Positions 36,570-49,879 of a DNA stretch of 64,000 bases are shown here, piece by piece. The stretch covers positions 55,490,001 to 55,554,000 of the forward strand of contig NC_043012.1 in NCBI RefSeq assembly GCF_006345805.1. The letters run 5' to 3'. The notes under the pieces are model-generated. The model was not told where the DNA came from. It made no database searches and saw only the letters and a program-made list of their open reading frames with translations. The DNA comes from Octopus sinensis (taxonomy: Eukaryota). Every line of letters begins with the position of its first letter. Position 1 is the first letter of the stretch. A program made the translations under genes and the position numbers.

Positions 36570-36810
36570 TAAGCTCCGTCAGTGTGGGCGCATTGCCTCT
36601 GGAGATAGACAGCAGAAAGCCTCAGCCAGTGGTGGTGTTCAGCCAGTGCTGCTGTGAGGTGGTGCCAAAAGAGAGATTTTGAAGAGGGTTTCCCTTTATA
36701 TAGTTTCCATCGTGAGCCTCGTTGTGATTTCGCGCATGGCAAATGGATACAGGTGAGGTCTCGCTCCAGTCTCAGGGATGGCAATAGCTGCCACGAGATC
36801 TCATCCAATA
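36570..36810 (-). pseudogene. Old Tx1/L1-like 3' ORF2 remnant
   Basis: Pieces LERDLTCIHLPC and SLFWHHLTAAL loosely echo the zinc-binding region of the young Tx1 copy (SLAWQCYRGAL, ACPRC). Confidence 0.3.
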
Positions 36811-37101
36811 TGGCGCTGGCTGCTTGTGCCGCTACACATGTAATAAAGTATAATATTCAACTCTAAAATCATTTATTGTTAATCAAAGTTGTCATTGTCA
36901 TCATTGAGGCAGATTTTCCACAGTTAGATGCCCTTCCTGTCACCAACCCTCATCTGTTTCTAGGCAAGGCAATATTTCCCCATAACTAGACGTTTTTGTA
37001 GAATATTGGAAATGAATAACATTCTTTGTGTGACACTGACAATCAATTACAACTATCACATGATGTTTAAACAAAGAGATACAAAAAATACACCCCCACA
37101 T

Positions 37102-37172
<71 letters not shown>

Positions 37173-37455
37173 TATATGAAATATATATATATATTACATC
37201 TACCAATTATATACGTTTTTTTTTATTATTTTTTTTGCAATTTACTTAATCATTGGTATTTTATTGTTATTTTAATTTTAATATTTCTATTATATGTAAT
37301 TTTCTAGATGGTGTAATTTAATTGTTCATTTTGAATTGATAAAAGGTGGTTTTTCCAATTTTTATATATATATTATATTTTATGAAATTTGATTTAGTAT
37401 TACTAAATTGAATTTTTCCCTGTAAGTTAGGAATAATATTCCCTCAAATAATTAT

Positions 37456-37487
<32 letters not shown>

Positions 37488-37625
37488 CTGGCAAGGCTTT
37501 AGTTGGTCTGAGGCCGGAGTAAAGGACACTTGCTGAAGGTTTCATGCTATGGGATTGGACCTAAAACCTTGTGATTGAGAAGTAAACTTTTTGACTGAAC
37601 ATCCACACATGTGCATATATATATA

Positions 37626-38137
37626 CCGTAAATCCTCAAGTGTAGTCCGCCCTTGAATATAATATGCAGCGGATTTTTAGGGGGCTGTACCTCTGAAAAA
37701 CCTAAACCTTGTGTATAATACGCACCCCTCCTCTAACTTGAGTCAAGGAGGTCTATATAACATCCTTGGTTTGTAAAAATATATACGGTAACGTCCTTTA
37801 TTATTATTGTATATATAACATAATGCAAACATGTAGCTTTTTTGTGCATTTTGTTTGCAGAAAATAAAGAAATAACTGTAATAACGTTGAATAAATGTTG
37901 CTTACTGCAAGTTATGGATGATTCTTTTATGACTTCATTGCCTTCAGGCTTAGCTTAAGGTATTTTCGCGCCCGGCATCACAAAATGCATCTGAATAAAC
38001 ATTGCTGGACAGCAAATAGAGACTCGGACATTGCTTAGAAAATATTTTTCCTTTTTAACCTCGTATATAATATGCATTAGGGATTTTGACCTTTAGATTT
38101 TGGGAAAAAAATGCGGATTATACTCAAGGATTTACGG
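37626..38137. mobile_element. pogo/Tigger-type MITE (512 bp)
   Basis: 25-bp TIRs CCGTAAATCCTCAAGTGTAGTCCGC / GCGGATTATACTCAAGGATTTACGG, TA on both sides. Confidence 0.85.
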
Positions 38138-38401
38138 TATATATATATATAATCATTCAAGCATACATGTGCAGACAGACACACAAGCCACACACATGTA
38201 TAAGAATGTGCACATATATACACACACAGACCAAACATAAGTGTTTATATGAATGAACAGTAGATATATAACAAACTAATATAGTAAAAGTAAACCGTGG
38301 AATAATAACAAAAAAAATACTAATGGAATGTTAAAAGACATCATATAAAAAAATACATAATTAATATAATTTTGACTATAAATATGTAAGAACATACATA
38401 C

Positions 38402-38468
38402 CGCAGGCAATAAGACATGGAGTTTCAGGAATGTTGGAGGATTCTAAGTCTGTTACAGTATAATTCAC
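38402..38468 (-). CDS. Coding exon 3 (67 nt), absent from ORF track
   Basis: Reads VNYTVTDLESSNIPETPCLIAC-G, supplying the expected P-x-T-P-C-I-I-x-x-G motif before GDSLL. Pyrimidine-rich acceptor ...cttacatag and donor G|gtatgt. Phase 0 to 1 bridges exons 2 and 4 exactly. Confidence 0.85.
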
Positions 38469-39172
38469 CTATGTAAGTGAACAAAGAAGGAAAAAATAAA
38501 CAAACACAATATGAATAATATATATATATATATTGATATATATATGTGTGTGTGTGTGTGTGCAAAAATATGCACATATACACACACATACATATATACA
38601 AACATATATATACATACAAACATGTAAATATCATTCTCATCATCATTTAACATCCATTTTCCACACTGACATGGATTGGACAAATATATATATTATTAAT
38701 ATTCAAGGTCCAAGAGTTTCATGCGTTGGCACTCTAAGTGCCAGGGAACAAAACTCTCAGACCTTGAGTCACTCTGTGACTGCTGCTAAATTTTAATATA
38801 TGCATATGCTTATATTTTGAGTTCTATTTTTCCTGCTTGCACCAATATATATATATATATATATATATCTGCATTTTATCCAAGCACCTGAAGGCCCCAA
38901 TACTCACACAAATACAGGTGTACATCCTCATAAATGAAACATTTCCAGTACTAAATAGGAAATATATGTAGAAGGTAATCATACCCCAATATCCACAGTT
39001 TTTATATACACTGGTAGAGCTGTTATGTAGATGTGTGCATACATGTGTGTGTGTGTGTGTGTGTGTGTAGGCAAATGGATATGTAAGTAAACAGATAGAT
39101 AAGTACATGGGTATATATATATATATATATATATACATGAATATATAAAAATTGTATACAAATATCCATATA

Positions 39173-40506
39173 CAGAATGGGGCAAAAAGGATGGACATTT
39201 TTGAAAAATTCAGAAAATCATTAATTTTAGCTGCAAACAACTTTTATTGACATCAATGTGTTTGTATTGTATTAGCATTTGTCAAAATCAAGTGTGGAAA
39301 ACAACATCCATCACGTAGTGTCCATTTTCATTGATGCATTTCTGAAGGCGTTTTTGGAACTTGGCCTCCACTCTCTCCAGCATTGCTCTGTCGATTCGAG
39401 TGACTTCCATGTGAATAGCTTCCTTCGAATCGTCCAATGTATGGGGCTCATGTGCATACACACATGCCTTGAGGTTTCCCCACAAGAAATAATCGCACAT
39501 GGACAAATCAGGGGACTGAGAGGGCCAAGGAATGTCAGCAAACCTGAAAATGAGGTAGTCACTGAAGAGAGGGCGAAGAACGTCCATTGATGCTCTGGCT
39601 GTGTGGGCCATCGCTCCATCCTGCTGAAACCACACACGTAGAATAGGCATGCATTTTCATCATAATTCAGGCACAAAAAGTTGTTTATCATCTCGAATTT
39701 TCACTCGGAGTTCACAGTCACAGCATTTCCATTATTGTCTTCAAAAAGTAAGGACCAATGACAACAGCTCTTCCAACAGCGCACCAGATCATCGCTTTTG
39801 GTCTGTGCAGTGGTCTTTCATTCAGTTCTCTCAGATTTTCAGTAGCATAATAATGACAGTTCTGTTGATTCACCATGCCATTGAGATGAAAATGAGCTTC
39901 ATCACTCATTAACAAAATGAGGTTGTCATTTGTCTCTAAATTTGCTTCCATCTGACGTGCGAAGTTAAGCCGCTGTGCATAGCCCCGTGGTTTCAACTGT
40001 TGCCCAATGACCAATTTGTACAGGTGGAAATGCAGGTCTTCATGCAAAATACGCCTTACTGATCATTTATCAATGTGAAGTTCAGTGGAATGCCTCCAAG
40101 CAGAGTGATTCGGACTCTGTATCAAAGCTTGTCTGACACATTCCCCATTTTCCGGGGTTCGTACCATTTGTGGCACCCCCACCAGTCTCCTATTCATTAG
40201 TGTACTTCATGTACGAAATGCATTCACCCAACATAAGATTGCGTTATGGGTGGGAACAGCCTGGCTTTGGTGAATATTGGAGTGGTGCTGAAACTCGTGC
40301 TGAACTGCTCTGATAGACTCATTATTCTTCATGTAACTATCATAAGCAAACACACAATGCTCTATCATCCACAGCACCATGGCCTCACCTGAAAAGAAAA
40401 AATATAAAGACACCATGGACCAAATGGTACCTGTCAGACATGTCTCTTTCCCTGGGGCTGAGTAATAGATATTTCAAAAAATGTCCATTCTCTCTGCCCC
40501 ACCCTG
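39173..40506 (-). mobile_element. Full-length but frameshifted Tc1/mariner element, DD41D-like
   Basis: TIRs CAGAATGGGGCAAAAAGGATGGACATTTTTG / CAAAAAATGTCCATTCTCTCTGCCCCACCCTG with TA TSD. Transposase pieces FAYDSYMKNNES, MSDEAHFHLNG.VNQQN, FQQDGAMAHTA, WPSQSPDLSMCDYFLWG. Confidence 0.88.
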
Positions 40507-40783
40507 TACATATAAACATTCATACATGGGTCTGCTCAATTAGGATTGCCTTATGGCCAAACATCACCAACAACACACTGTATTTTGAACCCTTAAACCA
40601 ACTTTAAGTATTGTAACAGTACAGAACAATAAAATATATTACCAAACTGGTATTGGAAGGGGTGGTTGATACAATGAATTAAAAACCTTTGAAGATAATG
40701 CCCCGGTGTAGTCACAGTCCAATGACTGACACCAGTAAAAGAATAAAAGAACAACAGGAATAGAATAAAAATACGATACTAAC

Positions 40784-42627
40784 TGGTACAAGAGGAAATA
40801 GATGTTGTATATCTTCACCGAGATATACCATTAGAAGTTGCATCATTAATGCAACATTGATATCATTCTCAGAGTTCTGTTTCTCACATTTCTTGTAGTT
40901 GGCAGCTGTTTGGAGAATCTGTTCTATATCTGTTATGTTAGTAATTAAAAAAAGGGATTTCATTACATTAATAATTGTTTCCACTTTACTATTGTTGAGA
41001 AAGTCATTTATAACGCTTTTCATGTCGATTGTGGTCAGTTCTTTGAAATGAACCATTAGCCCAATTTCTTCAAAGAGAAAAGGCCAGTCTTTGTGTAATG
41101 TGGTGATGGAAGCACCATTATTGATGTCTTTTCTTTGGAAAAAGAAAGTAGTTATCATGTCTTTTTCCACAAATTCAACATCCCACTTTGAACTGTAGAT
41201 GCTCCGCAGTAAATCCTGTTTCATTCTCAGGCTCCATTTTGTTTCATTTGGGGGTAATTTTAGTGGCTGCCAGTTAATGCAGCCGTAGTTATTCAACAAC
41301 TTACTTGATTTCTGATTGCCAGAATCAGATTTTTGCTGAGTCTTAGTCCAAGACATTAACTTCTTTTGGTAAAGGAACTGTCCACGGTCAAACCGATTGA
41401 TATTTTCAACACGAGATTGCAACTGTTTCAAAATGGCCTCAAAACCAGTTTGTCTACCATTGGGACTTAGTGTATCATCCATCAAGGATTCAGGATATTC
41501 GGTCACCATTTTATGTGCAATGAAAAATAACTGTCTTCGGTTTGGTCTTGCACAGAATTTTATTGCTTCTGCAACAACAACACGAATCATCTCTCGACGA
41601 AGGTTTGATTCCGGACGTTGTTTGTTCTTCAAAGCATGAATAAGAGCCGGAGGCATTTTATCAATGGGGATCTGAAAATTTTGGACCCATTCTGAATTTT
41701 CATCAGCAAACATATTAGAATTGTTTTCAGGATATAATCCAATAGGTAAATTAACTGAAAATATATCCAAAGGTTGTTGTTGCTGCTGCTGTTTATCATT
41801 GTTTATATTTGCTAGAGGTAATAATTCAGATGTGTGGGTCATCAGACTGTTGTCTGACATCTTGTCAAAATTTTTAGAATTCAAAGTCTCTGATGTAGTC
41901 GAACAGTTGCTATCATCACTAACAATAATAGGATCAGCTGCAGACAATTTCGGTTCACTGTTCTCCGTATTCCATCCAGCATTATCGATTGCAGGCTGTG
42001 GTGATATCTCAACTACCTCTTTTCTGTCTCCGCCATAAACTGAGCACAGACGAGTGAGAGAAGACAAGCTAGGACTGATGCCTTTAGAACTATTATCATC
42101 TCTTTCAAGCGATGATGCCATCAGAGAAAGTTTGTCCCGTTTTGACTGATTCCTTACCCTTGCTCTGTTGACGCCAGAAGAAATATCTTTCACAGGATTA
42201 TTACCTGCAGAGAGGTTTGGGGTCACTTCAACAACCTGAGTCGATGGCAGAATAACATTGTTCATATTACTGTACTGTGGTATGTTACGGTTCTGATATT
42301 GAGTTACATTAGACAGCTGAGGGCTGGACTGATTGGTTGGAGATGAGCCAGGCATACTGAGCGGGAGAAGAGGTGAAGTGTTGTTATGCGGATACATGAT
42401 GGAGTTGTGTGAGTTTTCTACAATAGTTTGTTTTGATACATTTGACGTGGTCATTTTCGGTAGGGGAAGTTGAACACAAACTCCTGAAGTCGGCAATGAA
42501 CTATGTAGGTTTCCTATCACAGGTTGCTGTAAGTTGTTATTCTGGAAAGGTGCTCCAATCTTTGATATCATATTCTGTATTTGACCAGGTAAAGAGTACA
42601 AAGTAGTTGGTGGTTGGTTCAAGTCAA
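40784..42627 (-). CDS. Coding exon 2: low-complexity region followed by the SAMD3-like conserved body
   Basis: Open for 1844 nt. Motifs FQIPIDKMPPALIHALKNKQRPESNLRREMIRVVVAE, YPESLMDD, GFEAILKQLQSRVENINR, YGCINWQP, FFFQRKDINNG, WPFLFEEIGLMVHFKELT. Acceptor tttttag (phase 1, C+TT=Leu). Donor CCA|gttagt, phase 0. Confidence 0.9.
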
Positions 42628-44291
42628 CTAAAAAAAATAAAAGGTCAGATATTATCAGCTGTACGACGAGGGATACAAAATATTAATTTACATTAATTCT
42701 TCTCATACAAACTCACCTGAGACTACCCCCACTCCTAAAATTGCTTCTAATTATATTGGGTTTAAATTTTGCCACATGGCCAGCAATTCTGGGTGGGGGT
42801 AAATCGATTACATCGAACCCAGTGCTCAACTTGTACCTTTTTTATCAACCCCAAAAGGATGAAAGGCAAAGTTGACCTGCACAAAATTTGAACTCAGAAT
42901 GTAAAAACAGATGAAATACCACTAAGCATTTTGCCCGGTGTAGTAATGATTCTACCAGCTTGCCACCTTAAATGATGTCGCCCCTTTCAAGCCTAGCTAG
43001 GCTCATGGGCCCGGTTTCTATGGCGTATGTGTTCCTCAGCTGGATGGGATGCCAGTCCATCGCAGTGTTACTCATTTTTGCCAGCTGAGTGGACTGGAGC
43101 AACGTGAAATGAAGTGTTTTGCTCAAGAACACGTGTTGCCCGGTCCAGGAATCAAAACTGCAATCTTACGATCATGATGCTGACACCCTAACCACTAAGC
43201 CACACACCTCCACGCTTACCACCTCACTGCCTCTAATTATATTAATTCATTTGACACTCATCTGAGACCAGCCAGGAAGGCTTCTGTTTCTCTCATTTTA
43301 AAATGTTTATTTTTCAATTAAATCAAATTAAATCTTTTTATCTTAATACTATATATAAGGCAGTGAGCTGGCAGAATCATTAGCACACCAGACAAAATGC
43401 TGAGCAGCATTTTGTCTGTCTTCACATTCTGAGTTCAAACTCTACCAAGGTCGACTTTGCCTTTCATCTTTTCAGGGTCAATAAAATAAGTTGAGCACTG
43501 GGGATGTTGTAACTGACTTACCTGCTTCTCTGAATCCACTGGCCTTGTGCCAAAATGTGAAACTATTATTGCGTAAGTATAATTTTTTACGTCATGTTAC
43601 ATGAAACATCGCTTAATGAAAAAGATACTTTGACTAAATCCTTCCAAATTTCAAGATTATTTTCCAAATTAGGCTGTGAATTTCATTGCAAATATAGTCA
43701 TGAAATGTTTAATGATAGAAAATATAAACTGACACACTTTTATAAAACACAAATATATATATATATATATATATATATCTTTTACTCTCTTTTTTACTCG
43801 TTTACTTGTTTCAGTCATTTGACTGTGGCCATGCTGGAGTACCACCTTTAGTCAAGCACATCAACCCCAGGACTTATACTTTGTAAGCCTAGTACTTATT
43901 CTATTGGCCTCTTTTGCTGAACCGCTAAGTTACAGGGACATAAACACACCAGCATCGGTTGTCAAGCGATGTTGGGGGACAAAAACAGACACACAAACAT
44001 ATACACACACATACATACATACATACATATATATATATATCATCATCATCATCATTTAACGTTCGCTTTCCATGCTAGCATGGGTTGGACGGTTCAACTG
44101 GGGTCTGGGGAGCCCGAAAGCTGCACCAGTCCAGTCAGATCTGGCAGTGTTTCTACAGCTGGATGCCCTTCCTAACGCCAACCACTCCGAGAGTGTAGTG
44201 GGTGATTTTATGTGCCACCGACACAGGTGCCAGACGAGGCTGGCAAACGGCCACGCTCGGATGGTGTTTTTTATGTGCCACCGACACAGGT

Positions 44292-44333
<42 letters not shown>

Positions 44334-44688
44334 CGACAGGCTTCTTTCAGTTTCCATTTACCAAATCCATTCACAAGGCTTTGGTTGACCCGAGGTTATA
44401 GTAGATGACACTTGCCCAAGATGCCATGCCATGGGACTGAACCCGGAACCATGTAGTTCGTAAGCAAGCTACTTACCACACAGCCACTCCAGCACCTATA
44501 TATATATATATATATACAAATTGAGATAGGGGTTGTAAATGCAACTCTCCATGGGATAACATATATCCAGTATACTGCTAGTGAAGTACCCAACAGAGTT
44601 AATACATAAATGTTAAGGATTGCGATGCAATCAATTCATTTACTGTATTATATGGGCAAAGGTAAAATGATTTACCACAAATTACTAA

Positions 44689-44913
44689 TACAAATAAGAA
44701 AATGGAGAAATACATCTAAATCAAATATCAATTACCAGATAATAATCAATCACATACTTTATTAAACCATTCCTTTATGTACAATGATTTGTTCTGCTTT
44801 TTTATGTTTAACCCTACAGTCTCTTATATGGTGGTTTAATAAAGTATGTGATTGAGTTTTATCTGGTAATTGATATTTGATTTAGATGTATTTCTCCATT
44901 TTCTTATCTTGTA
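44689..44913. repeat. Inverted repeat with about 80-bp arms and a 62-bp spacer next to (TA)n
   Basis: tacaaataagaaaatggagaaatacatc...ttattaaacca versus tggtttaataaag...ctccattttcttatcttgta. Confidence 0.85.
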
Positions 44914-44918
44914 TATAT

Positions 44919-44965
<47 letters not shown>

Positions 44966-46385
44966 GGACATAACTGGATTCAATCCCACTGTAGCCCTGG
45001 ACTATGTGAATAGATTTGGCAGATGAAACTAAAAGCAACTTGTAGTAAATATATGCGTGTGTGTGTGTGTGTGTGTGTGTACCCTTGTCTATATATCACA
45101 TGATGGTTGTAAATGAATACCATCATGATTCAAGAGAGATTGTTTGCTTCCAGACTTCTGTGACAAACATGGCCAGGCAAAGGGAAATATTTATTTGCTT
45201 AGAAGCAAGTGATGCTTGATGACTGGAAGGGCATCTAATTAAAGAAAATTTACCTCAGCAAATTTCATCCTGACCCTTGCAAGCATAGAAAAGGGGACAT
45301 TAAATTATGAGGACAGTGATTGAAATATTCAGAGTAGTATCTTCAATTTGGTTGTTATGGTTACAATGTTTCAGCCATTGTAAATTCCAGTCTTCTTCAG
45401 AAGCTTGCCCAGTTCAGTAATGTTTGCAGAATTTGGAATAAAATCTTTTATAAAATCCACTGACAGACTGTTCTCATTTCTTTGTCCATTCCAAGGACAT
45501 TTTCATTCAAGTTGTTTTTCTACTTGTTTTGTCACTTATTTATTCCACTAGAATTAGAGTTTGTTTTGTTATGTATTGTTTGACAAATGCATGGATTGAA
45601 CTCACACCTATTAGCTTTAGCATTAACCCTTTCACTGCCTATGGAGCATAGGCCATAAATGACATTTTCTACAACCCTAGGCTGTCTTTTCTGCTTCCCT
45701 CCAGTTGGATCCCTGCTTTATCCAAAGCATTGAATCCATTGATAACTAAAAGAAACAAGATTCTTCTCCCAGATCTTGCAGGGTTTGAACTGTCATTTGA
45801 TATTTCTGTGACTTTGTGTTTTTTTAGGTAGGGGTGTTGGCCTTAAGCAAACCCATTTTTACCTCTGGGGAAAAGGTAGTCTATATTATTTTGGCCCCTA
45901 TCCTTTGACATGTCCAGCATGCAAGGCTCAACCAAAAGCTTGTGTTCCTCTAACATAGCTCTCAAAGTCACTGAGGCACTTCACCCTTTAGCGTTTAAAC
46001 TGGCCATATGAAGCCCAAATATTTTACCTGTTTTATGATCAAACTGACCAAATCGGGCCACTCACACCTACCTTACAATGTCATTTTAAAATTATACAAT
46101 CACATAATTGAAATCTTAAAACTACAAGACAATGTATGCTAAATTCAAAACTGTATGAATAAATAAGGATTACATTTGACAAAGTAATCTGAATGTTAAA
46201 TGGTTAAGCCACCACACAGCATCAAGGACCCAACTTATATACAATGCTTCAATACTAAAATAAGAGATAGGTTCGTCATGGTTGGAATACTTTTGATCAT
46301 AGGTTTTCTAAACAAAAACAAAAACAGCAATAACATGATATGAATACAGAGCTTAATTCCTTAAAAACAATATAAACATATTTAC

Positions 46386-46590
46386 GTTTGGTTTGTTGAA
46401 GAAGTTTGCGTATCTGGATTGGTTTCAGAACTGATGAAAGATCTGAAGCTTCAACATACTGCAGGTCCTCAAGAGTTTCCACGCCAATGTCCCTCAGGGT
46501 TTTTGCAAGAGTTTTTACACCTGAAATAGGCTGTGTTGGTAAGGCTTTTGAAATGCATTCTTCCAAGGGGTCTAGACAATCTGAAGCCAT
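46386..46590 (-). CDS. Coding exon 1 of SAMD3-like/BTB fusion gene; N-terminal SAM-like domain
   Basis: MASDCLDPLEECISKALP...LRDIGVETLEDLQYVEASDLSSVLKPIQIRKLLQQTK resembles the SAM-like N-terminus of SAMD3-like proteins. Acceptor ttttcag at 46607 (exon starts 46606, ATG at 46590). Donor C|gtaaat after 46386, phase 1. Confidence 0.85.
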
Positions 46591-47646
46591 TATGCCAATG
46601 GAATTCCTGAAAAATTAAAGCAAATATTATTATAAATAATATTTTATATATTGTGGAGGCACATGGCCTAGTGGTTAGAGCAGCAGACTTGCAGTTGAAG
46701 GATCGTGGGTTCAAATCTCAGAGAGGGCGATCTGTGTGTTTATGAGCGAAACACCTAAGCTCCACGCAGCTCCGGTAGAAGGTAATGGCGAACTTCTGCT
46801 GACTCTTTCACCACAACTTTCTCTCACTTTTTCCTCCTGCATCTTGCAGCTCACCTGTGACGGACCAGCATCCCATCCAGGTGGGGAACCTATAGGCCAA
46901 GGAACGTTTGAGAAGGAACGAACAACAACATTTTATATGTTATAAATCTGTAAGGTGTCAGAATTGTTAGTATGTCTGACAAAATGCTTAGTAGCATTTT
47001 GTCTATTTTTAAGTCCTGAGTTCAAATTCTGCCAAGGGTGACTTTGCTTTTCTTCCTTTCAGGGTTGATGAAATAAGTACCAGTCAAGCACTGGGGTCAA
47101 TATAATTGACTAAACCTCTCCCCATCAAATTTTTACAGCCTTGTTTCCAAAATTTGAAACAATTATTTTTAAAAAGGCAGTGAGCTGGCAGAATTGTTAG
47201 CATGCCAGACAAAATGCTTAGCAGCATTTCATCAATTTTTACATCCTGAGTTCAAATTCCACTGACATAGACTTTGCCTTTCATCCATTCAGGATTGATG
47301 AAATAAGTTCCACTTGTACACAGGGTTGATGTAATCATCTAGCCCTACTCTCCCAAAATTTCAGGCCTTGACCTATAATAGAAAGGATATATTATGAATT
47401 TGTAAAACAGGATTTTATTCATCCTGGCTGCTATTAATAATATCAGTGTGTGTATTGTTCCTATATATATATAAATTAGATATAATTATATCATTGTTAA
47501 ATTGATAAAAGGTTGGTTCTTCTCTAATTTATATACATATATTATATATTGTGAAATTTGATTTAGTATTACTAAATTGAATTTTTCCCAGTAAGTTTGG
47601 AATAATATTCCCTAATATTATTATTATTATTAGTTATATATATATA

Positions 47647-48045
47647 CAAGGTTGGACAAAATAGTAGAAACACCTAGCATCATAGTATCATAATTTTGAA
47701 ATATCTATAAAACTGTCAAAAGCTTGTTTTTTTTATTTATTATTAGTGTTTTGTTAAAATTGCTGTTTCTTTTTTAGATATCATCAGAAAAAGGTAATTA
47801 AAATTCATTAAAATGACACATCTATCGGACTTTCAAAGAGGTCAAATTGTTGGTGTTCGTATGGCAGGCACTAGCATAACGAAAACAACCAAAATGGTTA
47901 GTGTATCAAGAAGCACTGTCTCGAAAGTAATGACAGCCTTTGAGAAAGAGGGAAAACCCTCCTCATCAAAACAAAACTCCAGAAGAAACCAAGACTTTCA
48001 GATAGGGACCATCAGACTCTTACGCAAATTGTTAGAAAGGATCAC
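47647..48045 (+). pseudogene. Tc1 left end with transposase N-terminal fragment
   Basis: TA|CAAGGTTGGACAAAATAGTAGAAACACC end. MTHLSDFQRGQIVGVRMAGTSITKTTKMVSVSRSTVSKVMTAFEKEGK is a Tc1 paired-like HTH. Confidence 0.8.
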
Positions 48046-48121
48046 AGGAATCAGTCCAGGAATCGAAACCACAATCTTACGATCATAGTGCTGACACCCT
48101 AACCACTAAGCCATGTGCCTC

Positions 48122-48158
<37 letters not shown>

Positions 48159-48409
48159 GTATGTGTATATATGTATGTATGTGTATATATATATATATGA
48201 CTTTCATGGGAAACATGTATTTTTGTGGTTGAAACCTTTTGGATTAACTGGTGCTAGAGTGAGCCATATAGTGACCACTCTCTTATATTTATTTTGTAAA
48301 AATATTATAATATATTATAAAATATTATAATAATCCAGGTTTCTCGGAGCACTAGGCCACTTGGTGTTGAATAGATATACTATTAAATTAGTATCTAATT
48401 CTCTCACCC

Positions 48410-48607
48410 TTATTAATTAATTATATATATATATATATATATATGCGTATGTATGTATATGTGTGTATATATATATATATATGTATGTATATGTATGTAT
48501 ATGTGTGTATATATATATATATATGTATGTATATATATGTGTGTATATATATATATATGTATGTATATATATATATAATTATATATACATATATATATAT
48601 ATATAAT

Positions 48608-48683
<76 letters not shown>

Positions 48684-48780
48684 CATATTTACATATATAT
48701 ACATATATACACACACATAGATATATATTTACATATATACACACACACACACATATATATATATATATTTATATATATAT
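48410..48780. repeat. Compound (TA)n/(TATG)n microsatellite
   Basis: Directly visible. Confidence 0.95.
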
Positions 48781-49500
48781 ATGATGATGATGATGGCCAT
48801 CCAGTCTTGACCGAGGAAGACCATTGGTGACTTTCAAGAACATTGTGTGCTCTAGGACTAACTTATATTTTGCATTTGCGGCTCCATTGGTGGCTAATGA
48901 GCCCTGCTCTTGACAAGCACACACAACTGCAAACATTGCAAACCAAGCTTTTCCCATTCACCACACCAGCAGTGCACTTTCGAGCAGCACGCTTAAGTTT
49001 TTCATGCAGAATATGCCATTTCTCAAAGGTGTTGAGCCCCTGCTTCCTCCATCTGTGGTGTTGAGAAAACATTGCTCTCCCAGTCAGTTTCCTACATATC
49101 ACAAGCCTTTAATGACAACTTGACTCAGTCCTTAAATCGCAGTCTTGGCTTCTGCCGGGGTCTCTTTCCATTAACAAGTTCCCTATATAGAATCTGCTTA
49201 GGGATCCTGCTATCCTTCATTCTAATAAGGTGTCCAGTCCAACATAACCGGTGCTTGTGCACCATCACCTCAGTACTCAAGATATCAGCTGTCCTCAGGA
49301 CCTGTGTGTTTGGAGTTTTTAAGGTCCATCCAACATTCAGAATGTGTCTAAGACATCTCTGATGAAAGTGATCAAGGACCCTTGAAAGTTTGGATGACCC
49401 TAGTGCAGGCTCAACGGCTATATAGCAATAGCACGGATATGTAGAAATTCCGGGATGATGTCCAGCACGCTGAAAGACCAATGGAAGTGAGGTATCCCTC
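48781..49500 (-). pseudogene. RTE (BovB-like) LINE 3' fragment
   Basis: FHQRCLRHIL, RLCWTGHLIRMKDSRIPKQILYREL..GKRPRQKPRLRFKD, terminal CNVCSCVCLSRAGLISH, (CAT)n tail at 48781. Confidence 0.85.
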
Positions 49501-49879
49501 AGCTTCTGTTGAAGCATGTCTCTAGAAGAAAGTCACTGATATAAAACCAGATATGCAGGGAATGGTATTGGACATTTTAGGGGAATCTTTGGTTTGTGCA
49601 AGAGATCATGGCACTCCCACATCCCTGAGCCTGCGACTCATATTGGCACCAGACATCTTTCTCTGACTTGTCTCTGGATAATGTCAATAAAGTGGAGAGG
49701 GTCTGTGAGGTGTTGTGCAAGCCTTATTGGACCTAAAACACTGCACATGCATTTCTGACCTCTGCTCGATATGTGCTGCTTTTTTTCTTATATATATTTA
49801 TTTTATTTTCAGTACACATGTATCTTTATTTTTAGTATAAATTTGTATATTTATTTATTTTTAGTATATATTTATTTTA

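Noticed and set aside
38900-38965. Candidate for the missing exon between exons 2 and 4
   Set aside because: The only motif-like frame contains TGA. The exon at 38468-38402 fits both phase and motif.
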